NCBI RefSeq assembly: GCF_964204645.1
Contig: NC_134033.1
Coordinates: forward strand, 15,756,655-15,820,654
From: Tubulanus polymorphus
Lineage: Eukaryota > Animalia > Nemertea
DNA length: 64,000 nucleotides
Direction of reading: 5' to 3'
In this document: piece after piece, positions 47,995-60,000 of the stretch
How positions within the stretch are numbered: position 1 is the first letter of the stretch
Layout: each line of letters starts with the position of its first letter
The notes under the pieces: generated by a model
Told to the model about the DNA's origin: nothing
Seen by the model: only the letters and a program-made list of their open reading frames with translations
Databases searched by the model: none
Program-made: the position numbers and the translations under genes

Positions 47995-48785
47995 GATTCA
48001 GAATAATTGGAGAGAGGGAAAACACCTAATATCAGCAGACGGAAAACATCTGGTTGGCTGATAGGGTTTCGATGGTCGGGAGCCGAAACAGCTGCCAGGG
48101 TTTTCAGTTTATTTACGCGTAGAAAGAAGATAAGATATGATACAATAAACCATTAAAGCGTTTATTTCGAATTTGGAAATTTGTTTACAGTGTTTTACTA
48201 GAATACAATATCACATAATAACAGATTTAATTTATGTTCAGTTATCAATTCGGAACCTATTAAATCTACTTTACATTGTGTACTTTATATTAGTAGACTG
48301 ATCGTAATCGATAGATTAATATGAAACAGAATCAAATTCACCGAGTCTGAAATATCAAGAGTAACCTGGGTTTAATTACAGGCTGACCTGCCTCTGTCTT
48401 CATTCAAACATGTGGCTGTCTGTAGCAGTTCAACCTGCTTGTAACAGGCTGACCTGCCGCCTTGATTCGGCGATTAATTAGAGATAGATGTCGGTCTATA
48501 ATAAACCAGTTTAGTTATGTTTGGCATCGAGACAATTTCAATGCTTTACCACCACATCCTGCCCACCTCATCCCTACCCCCGGCTGGTTCCTGGCATTTC
48601 TAAAAGCAATAGTCTTTATAATATTAATAAGCCTTCATTATACTGAATCATCAGGTATAGTTTAAATAGATATTAGTCTAATATTGATTGAACTACCTTC
48701 TCAACTTAGTTGTAGCATGTTTAAAAGATTACATTCCAAATAATTCATTTACTTCTTAAAATCGTGTGACGCCTGACACCATCAA

Positions 48786-49027
48786 GTGCTGCCGCTATGC
48801 TCATCGTTAGCGGAATTTTCATACACTAACAAGAGTCGTCTCTGGCAATCAGTGTAGAGGGCTAACCCTCGATTGCCAGAGTCGACTTACATTAGTGTAT
48901 AGAAACTCCGCCAACGATGAGCATAGCGGCAGCACCGTACGGTAAAATTTGGCAGCACGTTGATTGCCAGAGCTGACTTACGTTAGTGTATCAACATAAC
49001 GCTAACAATGAGCATAGCGGCAGCACC
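48786..49027. mobile_element. GGTGCTGCCGCTATGCTC-family MITE plus a duplicated right arm
   Basis: gtgctgccgctatgctcatcgtt...aacgatgagcatagcggcagcac (48786-48936), then a second right arm ending at 49027. Confidence 0.8.
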
Positions 49028-49240
49028 TTACGGTACATTGGGCAGCGCGTTGATCCGCATCAAGATACCGATTGCTTACTATCATCATCGATTGCTCATA
49101 GGAATAACTGACCTGCGTAAATTGCGCCGGCCTTAGATTTCACTAGACCGTGTGTATCTTATCCGTCGATACAGATTTCAATTACAACATCTACCCCCAA
49201 ATTTAAAATTCCCCAAACACAAAACCTATCCACCCATTCG

Positions 49241-49508
49241 CAGGCCCGGTGCCGAACTTTATGAGGGGCAGTTCTATTTCGAGAAAAATGGCACTTTATC
49301 ACCGTAAAAACGGGCACTTTCTTATTGAAAAAGGGTAGATCTTAAACGAAGTGCCCGGGTACTTCAACAAATTATCTGAGAACTTTTCTTTTTCCAAAAA
49401 ACATGAAAATTTTATTCAAATTTCGAAAAAATATTGATCAAAATTTTTTGATACAGACTTTTTGAAAATTTAAGCCAGTTCGTTCGCACGGGTCTTGGCA
49501 CGGGTCTG
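49241..49508. mobile_element. Non-autonomous DNA element with a 5-bp TSD (ATTCG)
   Basis: caggcccggtgcc...ggcacgggtctg imperfect TIRs; attcg immediately on both sides. Confidence 0.55.
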
Positions 49509-49593
49509 ATTCGTATGATCTATGGGCAACTGGTCCTTCTGGGTTCTTTCTGTTACCGTGAAGGGTCACACACTGCATTATACTTGTTGTATC

Positions 49594-50994
49594 TTAATCC
49601 ATAGACTTCCATTTGGGCGGATAGAATTCCGACAGATTCATATCATTGGCAAAATCAGAACCGGGTCGAGCCGGGTATCGATAGTAGACAACTTCACCAC
49701 CGGCGAGGAACGACGCCCACCAACCGAATGTACCCACCGACATAATGCTGTGATTACAACTCATCAGTAACGAGAAATCCTCGTGTGACGAACGATTCCG
49801 CGATATCTTCACCCGACTGATCATTTCCGCATCTTCTTTCGAAGAACGTGTCTTATTATTCCCGCTAGACTTCGAATTAGGCAGCAGGGCAGACGACGGA
49901 ATAAGATTTTCTTGGACCCACCGAACCGAATCGCTGCATACTATGAATATACAATTCGCGTACTTATTCCAAAAATATCGCATCGCTTTGAGAAAATAGT
50001 CCGCGGGTGCGTATTGATATCCGTAATTTTGGAAGTGAACCGACCGTTTTATATCGAGCACGCGGACGTGCACACCGACGAATGTCGTCGTAACGTCGGC
50101 GCTATTTTTCAACAAATTCAATTCGATTTTCGCGTGGGTTAAAAAGCGCCGAGCGCTCGCTTCCGATTCGCTTCGTAAACGAAATTCTTTCTTCAAATCG
50201 TCGAAATACGGCCAAATATATTTCCACGACTGTCTGTATCCGATAACTGTAATATTCCTGGGCAGAGAAGCGTTCATCTTGCGCCAGAAATCGGGGTCGT
50301 ATTTACCGTAGGATTTTTCCCAAATCGGACTCCATCGTTTGGCGTACGACCAAACGTTATCGAGCGCGGTCGCCGTGCCCTGAAACAGCTGCAAGATTTC
50401 GTCGTTTTCGCCAACGACATGTGTCACGTTCAGCCGCTTGGTGGCGCTGAATCCCAGCGCGTACTCGAATAGTTTGTTGCCCAGACGAGCCATGTAGGTT
50501 ACGTACACGAGCGGTTTCGAAAATTGAATTTTAGTCTCGGAGGAATTCCTCCAAGTTTCAGTCGAGTTCAGCCGCATTTTTATTGGAGTTGATACCATAG
50601 TCGATGGCACTCGAGAAATCTGTAGTGTGATCGATGATTTTTTCATCCTCGCCAAACTTTTTACGATTTTTCCTTTGTTCTTAGCCGACATTCTATTCTC
50701 TTCCACCGCATTGCGATGATTAACGCGTCGAGTGCTTTTCGTCTTTATCAACATAATTGATGAGGTCGAACGGAATTCACTGAATACCTTTCTTCTCGTC
50801 GTCGGTCCCAGGAATATATGTTTCGATCTATCCAGGCTGCTTGTAGTCTCCTGTGTTAGCGGCAATTCTATCATCTTATGAATGACGTTTCGCCGTGGAG
50901 AGTTTTGCCGCAGATAATCTGAGTAGAATTTTATCGTCGTAACGAAGAAAACGCTCGTGATCAACAGCGATACGGACAAACATCGAAATCGCGG
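49594..50994 (-). CDS. Galactoside alpha-1,2-fucosyltransferase-like (GT11) type II membrane protein; main exon, start codon probably on an upstream exon (candidate ATG|gtaaga at 51490-51488)
   Basis: N-terminal TM segment, long stem, and motifs RLGN.LFEYA, GY.QSWKY, FVGVHVR, FIVCSD, CNHSIMSVGTFGWWASFL. Acceptor ttccag|CCG is in frame and an in-frame stop lies upstream. Confidence 0.85.
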   Translation of the reverse strand, partial: PRFRCLSVSLLITSVFFVTTIKFYSDYLRQNSPRRNVIHKMIELPLTQETTSSLDRSKHIFLGPTTRRKVFSEFRSTSSIMLIKTKSTRRVNHRNAVEENRMSAKNKGKIVKSLARMKKSSITLQISRVPSTMVSTPIKMRLNSTETWRNSSETKIQFSKPLVYVTYMARLGNKLFEYALGFSATKRLNVTHVVGENDEILQLFQGTATALDNVWSYAKRWSPIWEKSYGKYDPDFWRKMNASLPRNITVIGYRQSWKYIWPYFDDLKKEFRLRSESEASARRFLTHAKIELNLLKNSADVTTTFVGVHVRVLDIKRSVHFQNYGYQYAPADYFLKAMRYFWNKYANCIFIVCSDSVRWVQENLIPSSALLPNSKSSGNNKTRSSKEDAEMISRVKISRNRSSHEDFSLLMSCNHSIMSVGTFGWWASFLAGGEVVYYRYPARPGSDFANDMNLSEFYPPKWKSMD

Positions 50995-51934
50995 CTGGAA
51001 AACGAATTAGATAAAACTGTAAATAATGACAGACTTAGAAAAAATGTTTCTCCACCCAGTCCAGGAAGCGATAAGATAAGATAATCTATTAAACTCTAAC
51101 GAAAACCAAAACTTTTGGTACATAAAGGATTTACAAATCGTCATTTACAAATTGACATAAGAAAAATTGATGCAAACTTGTTGAAGAAAAATTTAATATA
51201 CAAATATTTCGGGCGCGATAAATCATTAGAAAAAGATAAAAGCTTAGCTTATTTAAGCTTTTTGAGACCAGCATGTATTAATTTAGCAGTTTTTGAAATG
51301 GTTGTACCCACAGGGCCCTCTACCATACTATAGTGTACCCAACCGGGTACACTGATACTAGGGTACTTAGTTAAACATGATCCATGCTTTCCATGAAAAG
51401 AATGCATTTCGTCTTAAGGTAAACAGCTTGCTGCAAACAAACCAAATCCTTAGAATGCGTTATATAGTACCAATTACAGTGTCTTACCATTTTAGGATTT
51501 TTGTTATACAAGTTATCCCACTGTGTGTTTGCTACGAACCCGCCCCGATTCTTACAAATATCCACCATATAAATTCCATATACAAGATCCAAGTGTTTCT
51601 TCAATGGTTATCCAAAAAAAATAACTTTGATAGCGTGGGGTTGAGAGTATCCTATATAGGTCGTCTTATCCTTATTGATATTCTACTTAAATAAACACAT
51701 TTTAGATATATATATACCACATAAATTGGCCTTAGCACGCAACGGGAAAAATAGTATGAACGGAGACAATTTCATATCTCTGTGGGCCTACTTACGATCT
51801 ATCAGTAGATTGGCAAACGAACCGAGATTGCGGTCGTGCCACACTCGTAAACTGTGTCATATCATTTTAGTTGGCCACTGTGTGGTCGTCGTGTTCCCGG
51901 CTCTTGTCATTTGATTACATCTGAGCTGGAACCC

Positions 51935-52500
51935 GGTATCAGTAACCTCGGACCTCAAAGGCCGTGAGACGGGGGTATCCTCGGTATCACAGGTAACCTT
52001 TGGTCTAACATGCCGTGAGACGGGTATCCTCGGTATCGTTGGTATCACAGGTAACCTTTAGTCTCACAGGCCATGAGACGGGTATCCTCGGTATCGTTGG
52101 CATCACAGGTAACCTGGGATCTCATAGGCCATGAGACGGGTATCCTCGGTATCGTTGGTATCACAGGTAACCTGGGATCTCATAGGCCATGAGACGGGTA
52201 TCCTCGGTATCGTTGGTATCACAGGTAACCTCGAATCTCATAGGCCATGAGACGGGTATCCTCGGTATCGTTGGTATCACAGGTAACCTTTGGTCTCTCA
52301 CAGGCCGTGAGACGGGTATCCTCGGTATCGTTGGTATCACAGGTAACCTGGGATCTCACAGGCCGTGAGACGGGTATCCTCGGTATCGTTGGTATCACAG
52401 GTAACCTGGGATCTCATAGGCCGTGAGACGGGTATCCTCGGTAACCTGGGATCTCTCATGCCGCGAGACAGGTATCCTCGGTATCAACGGTAACCTGGGT
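51935..52500. repeat. 58-bp minisatellite, ~9 copies
   Basis: gagacgggtatcctcggtatcgttggtatcacaggtaacc at 52017, 52075, 52133, 52191, 52249, 52309 and 52367, with partial copies either side. Confidence 0.97.
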
Positions 52501-52729
52501 TTGTGCAGAGACAAGTGCCCTGGTATCTTTGGTATAGATGACTCATGATAGCAACATGGATGACTCTGACTATCAGTAATGTACGTAAAAAGTGAAGCTG
52601 AAGACAAATGATAATCCTTCGATTTAATTCTTTCAATTAATCGTTATTCATTTCAGTTTTCCATTCTATTTCAGATTCAATATAATATCAATTGATAATC
52701 AATTTTCTTTTATTGACCCCTTCGAAACC

Positions 52730-53160
52730 ACCCAGAATCAGTAGCCAATATGCAAATCGGGTTCGGATCTGGGACAAACCTGCCTATCAAATGCACCTAT
52801 TAGATGATGAATGCAGCACACCCCGTCACTCAGAACCAATAGACCGAGTTCCGAACCCGGGATACCCTCGTTTAATATCTAACAGTATCCAGTTCACTCA
52901 GAATCAGTACCAATAGACCGGACTCGAGCCCAGGAATCCCCCATTTATCATATATTCAATATCTAGGTCACTCAGAATCAGTAAATAGACCGGGTTCAAT
53001 CACCTGTACATCCTCTAGTGCACCATGACCACTCTGAATCATTATCTGTAATTACTGGTTTCGAACCCACACACCCCTGTACATCGTTTATTCAGCTTCA
53101 GTACCACTCTGAATCAGTATTGGTAATAACCGGGTTTGAACCTGGGACACCCCTCAACAT
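52730..53160. repeat. Degenerate ~70-bp tandem repeat
   Basis: cactc(a/t)gaatcagt...accgggttcgaacc-like motif recurs about 6 times. Confidence 0.6.
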
Positions 53161-54412
53161 GCTCTATTTCAGCATCAGAAGTAATTACTGATGAGCTCGT
53201 ACCTGTGACATCTATTTTCAGTATTCCGCCATTGATGGAATCAGTGTGCACCGCAGATTGATACTGCTACATGAAATTCTTTAAGACTGATGGAATTCTA
53301 ATAATTAAGTAATTAGAGTCTCATTACTCTTAAGTCGGCGAGTTGCAGTAAAAGGTAGCTCATGCAGGTTTTAATCTGCTGCCTGCCGTACCACAGACCT
53401 TGAATAGCAGACACATCTGAAAGGGATCGGTGTCGAGGTGTGTTTGAAGAGTGAGGTAGTAAGTGAAAGTAGCAAAGTCTAAACGGGCGTCTCAATCTGT
53501 TAATCTGTTAATCTTCCTGTTAAACACGAATCTTAAGGGCAAAAGTGAATTTGTTGTACATGTAATAACCAGGTTTCATATTATCCAAATCTGGATTGAT
53601 ATAGTTAATTTAGCTCGGACAAGCTACTAACAGAATCGTATTAATGAGGTTCAACTGTACTCTAATTTCATTTAATTCACTTCCGGAGCAAAAATAATCC
53701 ATGTACAATAGACTTCTAACTGGAATCAATTAAGACAAGGTGATAGTTCTAGTCACCTGTAGACAATAGAACTTCAATGCAATAGTTCAATGTGTTTATG
53801 TCTGGGTTGGTGTTTGGAGAATGACTACTCCAATATTTAAGTAACTAGACTTGAAATTAGTCGAATGAAACACTCTAATCCGTGTCTTAAGGATTAGATA
53901 GTCTTAATTAGACTTGAAATGATTCCAGTTAACAGAGAGTCCACTGTACATTATATGAAGAAAAAGTAACACATATAATTTGTAGCGAACCACTGACCAC
54001 TAGTGATACTGATGTTACAACAACTAGTGGTTAGTGTAGTTCAATATGTATTGATAAAAAATAGTTCAACCAATATTCAAACACCATAAAAGCAATGTAT
54101 TGAGCAAACCAACAAACCAACATCCTCAGAATGAGATAGAACACAACTATCATTTTAAAGAAATGAGTATTTACAAACGCAGTCACAAGTACAAAATCTC
54201 CACATATACAGCACATACAACTATATTTCAGAAATCATTTAACAAGCACAAAAGCAAGCAAGAGAAGCCCCTTGAAACATTTACACTCAAAACGCAGTCG
54301 CAGCAAATCAGTAATTAATAACCCACAATCAGATTCAACAACAAACCAGCCAATCAAACTATCAATTCATATTTATTTTTCAATAGATGTACAATGTGAA
54401 TTTACATTCAAC

Positions 54413-56210
54413 CTGTACTGAAGCTATCAGCCTCGGAGAAATTGGTCGGCATCTCTGGAACTATGATAACTCGCAGCGGCACATAACACTGAAAGTCCCG
54501 ATTTGACGGAGAAATTGGTCGGCATCTCTGGAACTACGATAACTCGCGGTAACAAACACTGAAAGTCCTGATTTGACGGAGAAATTGGTCGGCATCTCTG
54601 GAACTACGATAACTCATAACTCGTGGTAACAATCACTGAAAGTCCCGAATTGACGGGGAAATTGGTCGGCATCTCTGGAACTACGATAACTCGCGGTAAC
54701 AAACACTGAAAGTCCCGATTTGACGGAGAAATTGGTCGGCATCTCTGGAACTACGATAACTCGTGGTAACAATCACTGAACGTCCCGAATTGACGGGGAA
54801 ATTGGTCGGCATCTCTGATTTGATCTTTTCCTGTCGTCTGAATTCTACAGCCAACCACAAGCTCAATACATGTACTACAATGTGAAAACACAAAATATGA
54901 ATAATGATATCATTTTTGAGACTTCTTCAAAATAAATTTCAATTATACCTGATTTTTAGTAGATTCAGACACATGAATCTTCGGTTTTTCAAGAAGAAAT
55001 TGATCTGCATCATCGTTATCGTTTCCATCTTGATATCTGGTATTGTGTAACGAATAACTCAATACCAACTGCAACAACAATGTTATAAATAAACTATGAT
55101 TTTCATTCATAAGACTCTTCATAAAAACAAAATTCATCTAATTTCAATTTTACCTGATTTATAGTCAATTCAGATTCATGACTCGGACCTTGAGGAATTT
55201 GCTCAATTCTTCCTGAACTCTGATGTTTTCCTTTCCTCTGGTTTTGAGCATCTCTAACAACAACAGTCCACTAGCTACAACAAAAATACATAAAATAAAA
55301 GTAAACCATCTTCATTGAGTCGACTGTTCCTGCAAAGAAATTCAAGTTCAATTTTACCTGATTAATAGTCAATTTAGACACACGACTTAGAAGAGAAATT
55401 GCTCAGAACTTCAGTAACTTTTCGTATCATCTTGAACTTTCGGTTTGATGTGGAGATTCCCAGAGTACTTCGATTTCTGCATACAATCACTGAAATAAGT
55501 CCGGAATTGACGGGGAAATTGGTCAGCATCTCTGATCTCTGATCTTTTCCAGTCGTCTGATATTTTACGGCCAACCACAAGCTCAATACTGCAATGATAA
55601 AACACAAAATATGAATAATGATATCATTTTTGAGACTCTTCTCCAAAATAAATTTCAATTATACCTGATTTATAGTCAATTCAGATTCATGACTCGGACC
55701 TTGAGGAATTTGCTCAACACTTCTCTGATGTTTTCCTTTCCTCTGGTTTTGATCGTCTCTAACAACAACAGTCCACTGGCTACAACAAAAGTACATAAAA
55801 TAAACGTAACCATCTTCTTTAAGTCGGTTCCTGCAAAGAAGTTCATATCAAGTATAATTTTACCTAATTCATAGTCAATTCAGACTCATGACACCTTAAA
55901 TATTTCTCAACGACAACTGGAACAATCCTGGATGTTTCCTGTCGATCGTTTGGTATTTTGTACTTGCCGACCAAATCAATACACGCTACAACAGGGAAAT
56001 ATGAAATACATGTAATACTAACTTACAGTCTTAGTTGAGAACATTCTTATCTACAAATAAATTCATAGCAATTTATACTATACCTGATTTATAGTCTTTA
56101 CTTAGTAAAATTTCTAAGAACCTCAGGAACTTTCAGTATCATCTTGAACTTTCTGTTTGGGGGGGGGGGGTTGGTGTGGAGATTCCTCAGTAGAGTACCT
56201 CACATTTCTG
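54413..56210 (-). other. Array of duplicated exon-intron modules: putative spliced non-coding or decayed transcript
   Basis: Six 74-98 nt GT-AG intron-like segments, each preceded by a variant of ttgactataaatcag|gta and ending in a T-rich tract plus YAG; no continuous ORF. Confidence 0.55.
54432..54820. repeat. ~70-bp minisatellite, ~6 copies
   Basis: gagaaattggtcggcatctctggaactacgataactcg recurs. Confidence 0.95.
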
Positions 56211-56529
56211 CTGACAACAGACACCAATCCAACACTTCTCTTTCTGGTACTTTCATCTTTCTCTTTCCTCTCATTTTACAAATTGATATTTAATTATTTG
56301 ACATTTTGATATTTTACCATCATAAAATTGATTTTATGTTTTTCTTTAATCATCGCTATTTGAGATTTTACAAGAAATGATACAAATAATACGTTCCTTA
56401 ATTTTAAACTCACAGCTGTTTTCAAAATTCTATCCACACACAAAGATGGCATGCTGCATGCTGATCAATTTGTTTACCATGCGCATGGACCCGCGGGTGT
56501 GCCAGTGCTGTTTAGTGCAATTGATGCAT

Positions 56530-56672
56530 CGGTGCAAGTGCATAGTGAGACGTCAAGTGCAAAGTGGGACGCCAAGTGCAAAGTGAGACGTCAAGTGCAA
56601 ATTTGGACATCAAGTGCAAAATGGGATGTCAAGTGTAAATTGGGACGTCAAGTGCAAATTGAGATGTCAATT
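56530..56672. repeat. 19-bp tandem repeat (gacgtcaagtgcaaagtgg), ~7 copies
   Basis: Directly visible. Confidence 0.9.
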
Positions 56673-57069
56673 GTTTTCACCAGTGTTTACGATGATCAAC
56701 CATCTTTCTGAAGATGTTTAAAGCAATTTGAATTCTTAAAGTTTTTTACACTGTCGGCTCACAGACTTAGAAACTGGTTTACCTCATCATCAGAGTTTAG
56801 ACGCTGACAATTTTATCACTCCTTAAGTGGAGTAATATAATCAAGTCACTAACAATTCAGTTTTGTCAATTCAAGAAGGGAAAGGAGGGGAAGGCATTAA
56901 ACCTCAATATCACCCCAGCCTTAAGTCACTTACAATTCAGTTTATGTCACAATTAACTTGACAATTCAAGAGGGGGAGGGATCACTAAATTTCAATTTTA
57001 TCACAACAAATTGTTTTAGCAGTAATTTACCGACAGTGTTTTGTAAAACATAACTTTTATCAACACCTT

Positions 57070-60000
57070 TTGAAGGAGGCCATCAGTGTTGTAACACACT
57101 GACAATTCTGTTCATTAGTCACGTTTCTACATGACAGTTGAAGAAGGAAGGAGGAGACTCCTGACCTAAATATCACCCCTGAACAGAGTGTATCAATTAA
57201 GCAGCTGTATTAAAGGAGGTCATCAGTGTTGTAACACACTGACAATTCTGTTTGTTTGTCACGTTTCTATATGACAGTTAACAACCTTCAGGTGCAAGGA
57301 ACCAAAGTAAAGCTATCAAACAATAGCATCTTTGAGTATAACACTTTTAAAATGTGTAATGTGATAATAATTTGCTGATACAGTATACACAGAACCAACA
57401 CCAGCATTATTTCAATGATTCTACCACCACAAAGCTATCGATGGATAGCTGTTTTGAATATTTATACATTTAAAACGCTAAGTCGCAAAAAAGACGATCA
57501 CAAAACATGATCAATCCCATTTCACCGACATATATTACAATATATACAATGTACCAACACCAGCGACATTTCAAAGATTCAACCACAACAAAGCTATCGA
57601 TGGATAGCTGTTTTGAATATTTATACATTTAAAACGCTAAGTCGCAAAAAAGACGATCACAAAACATGATCAATCCCATTTCACCGACATATATTACAAT
57701 ACATACAATGTACCAACACCAGCGACATTTCAAAGATTCATCCACCACAAAGCTATCGATGGATAGCTGCTTTGAATATTTATACATTTAAAATGTAAAG
57801 TCATAATGAGGACGATTAGGAAACATAATCAGTCCCAATTCACCGACATATATTACAATATATACACAGAACCAACACCAGCGACATTTCAATGATTCAA
57901 CCACCACAAAGCTATCGATGGATAGCTGTTTTGAATATTTATACATTTAAAATGTAAAGTCATAATGAGGACGATTAGGAAACATAATCAGTCCCAATTC
58001 ACCGACATATATTACAATATATACACAGAACCAACACCAGCGACATTTCAATGATTCAGCCACCACAAAGCTATCGATGGATAGCTGCTTTGAATATTTA
58101 TACATTTAAAACGCTAAGTCGCAAAAAAGACGATCACAAAACATGATCAATCCCATTTCACCGACATATATTACAATATATACAATGTACCAACACCAGC
58201 GACATTTCAAAGATTCAACCACCACAAAGCTATCGATGGATAGCTGCTTTGAATATTTATACATTTAAAACGTAAAGTCGCAATAAGGACAATCACAAAA
58301 CATGATCAATCCCATTTTACCGACATATATTACAATATATACAATGTACCAACACCAGCGACATTTCAATGATTCAGCCACCACAAAGCTATCGATGGAT
58401 AGCTGCTTTGAATATTTATACATTTAAAACGTAAAGTCGCAATAAGGACAATCACAAAACATGATCAATCCCATTTCACCGACATATATTACAATATATA
58501 CAATGTACCAACACCAGCGTCATTTCAAAGATTCAACCACCACAAAGCTATCGATGGATAGCTGTTTTGAATATCTATACAATTAAAACGTTAAGTCGCA
58601 ATAAGGGTGCTCAGGGAGCAAAACTTGCCAAAACTCAATATCACCCCTGAACAGAGTGTATTTATTAACAAGCTGCAGCAAGCAGCAGTATTAAAGGAGG
58701 TCATCAGTGTTGTAACACACTGACAATTCAGTTTGTAAGTCACGTTTCTACATGACAGTTGAAGAAGGAAGGAGGAGACTCCTGCACTCAATATCACCCC
58801 TGAACAGAGTGTATTTATTAACACACAGCAGCAAGCAGCAGTATTAAAGGAGGTCATCAGTGTTGTCACACACTGACAATTCAGTTTGTTTGTCACGTTT
58901 CTACATGACAGTTGAAGAAGGAAGGAGGAGACTCCTGCACTCAATATCACCCCAAAACAGAGTGTATAAATTAACACGCAGCAGCAAGCAGCAGTATTAA
59001 AGGTGGTCATCAGTGTTGTAACACATTGACAATTCAGTTTGTTTGTCACGTTTCTACATGACAGTTGAAGAAGGAAGGAAGAGACTCCTGAACTCAATAT
59101 CACCCCAAAACAGAGTGTATCAATTAACACCCAGCAGTAAGCAGCAGTTAAAGGAGGTCATCAGTGTTGTAACGCACTGACAATTCAGTTCCTTTGTCAC
59201 GTTTCTACATGACAGTTGAAGAAGGATGGAGGAGACTCCTGAACACAATATCACCCCAAAACAGAGCCAGCAGCAAGCAGCAGTATTTAAGGAGGATGAT
59301 TCATGATGTTATAATGTTTAATGTAATAATTCTTATTGTAATAATGTTTAATGTAATAATTCAAGAAGTTCATGGAAGGTGGTAAGAATTAACACCCAGC
59401 AGCAAGCAGCAGTATTTAAGGAGGTCATCAGTGATGTAACACACTGACAAATCAGTTCCTTTGTCACGTTTCTACATGACAGTTGAAGAAGGAAGGAGGA
59501 GACTCCTGCACTCAATATTACCCCAAAACAGAGCCAGCAGCAAGCAGCAGTATTTAAGGAGGGTGATTCATGATGTTATAATGTTTAATGTAATAATTCT
59601 TATTGTAATAATGTTTAATGTAATAATTCAAGAAGTTCATGGAAGGTGGTAAGAATTAACACGCAGCAGCAAGCAGCAGTATTAAAGGAGATCATCAGTG
59701 TTGTAACGCACTGACAATTCAGTTCCTTTGTCACGTTTCTACATGACAGTTGAAGAAGGAAGGAGGAGACTCCTGACCTCAATATCACCCCTGAACAGAG
59801 TGTATCAATTAAGCAGCAGTATTAAAGGAGGTCATCAGTGTTGTAACACACTGACAATTCTGTTTGTTTGTCACGTTTCTATATGACAGTTAACAACCTT
59901 CAGGTCCAAGGAACCAAAGTAAAGTTATCAAACAATAGCATCTTTGAGTATAACACTTTTAAAATGCGTAATGTGATAATAATTTGTGGATACAGTATAC

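Noticed and set aside
51935-52500. CRISPR-like regularly spaced repeats (also 22407-22648, 28594-28915, 54432-54820)
   Set aside because: The intervening segments are near-identical rather than unique spacers, there are no cas genes, and the context is eukaryotic; these are minisatellites.
54875-56083. snoRNA-host interpretation of the short introns
   Set aside because: The introns are only 74-98 nt and lack clear C/D or H/ACA boxes.
58690-58760. Hammerhead in the 153-bp satellite (CTGATGA and GAAAC on the minus strand)
   Set aside because: The boxes are not linked by a stem II, and stems I and III do not pair.
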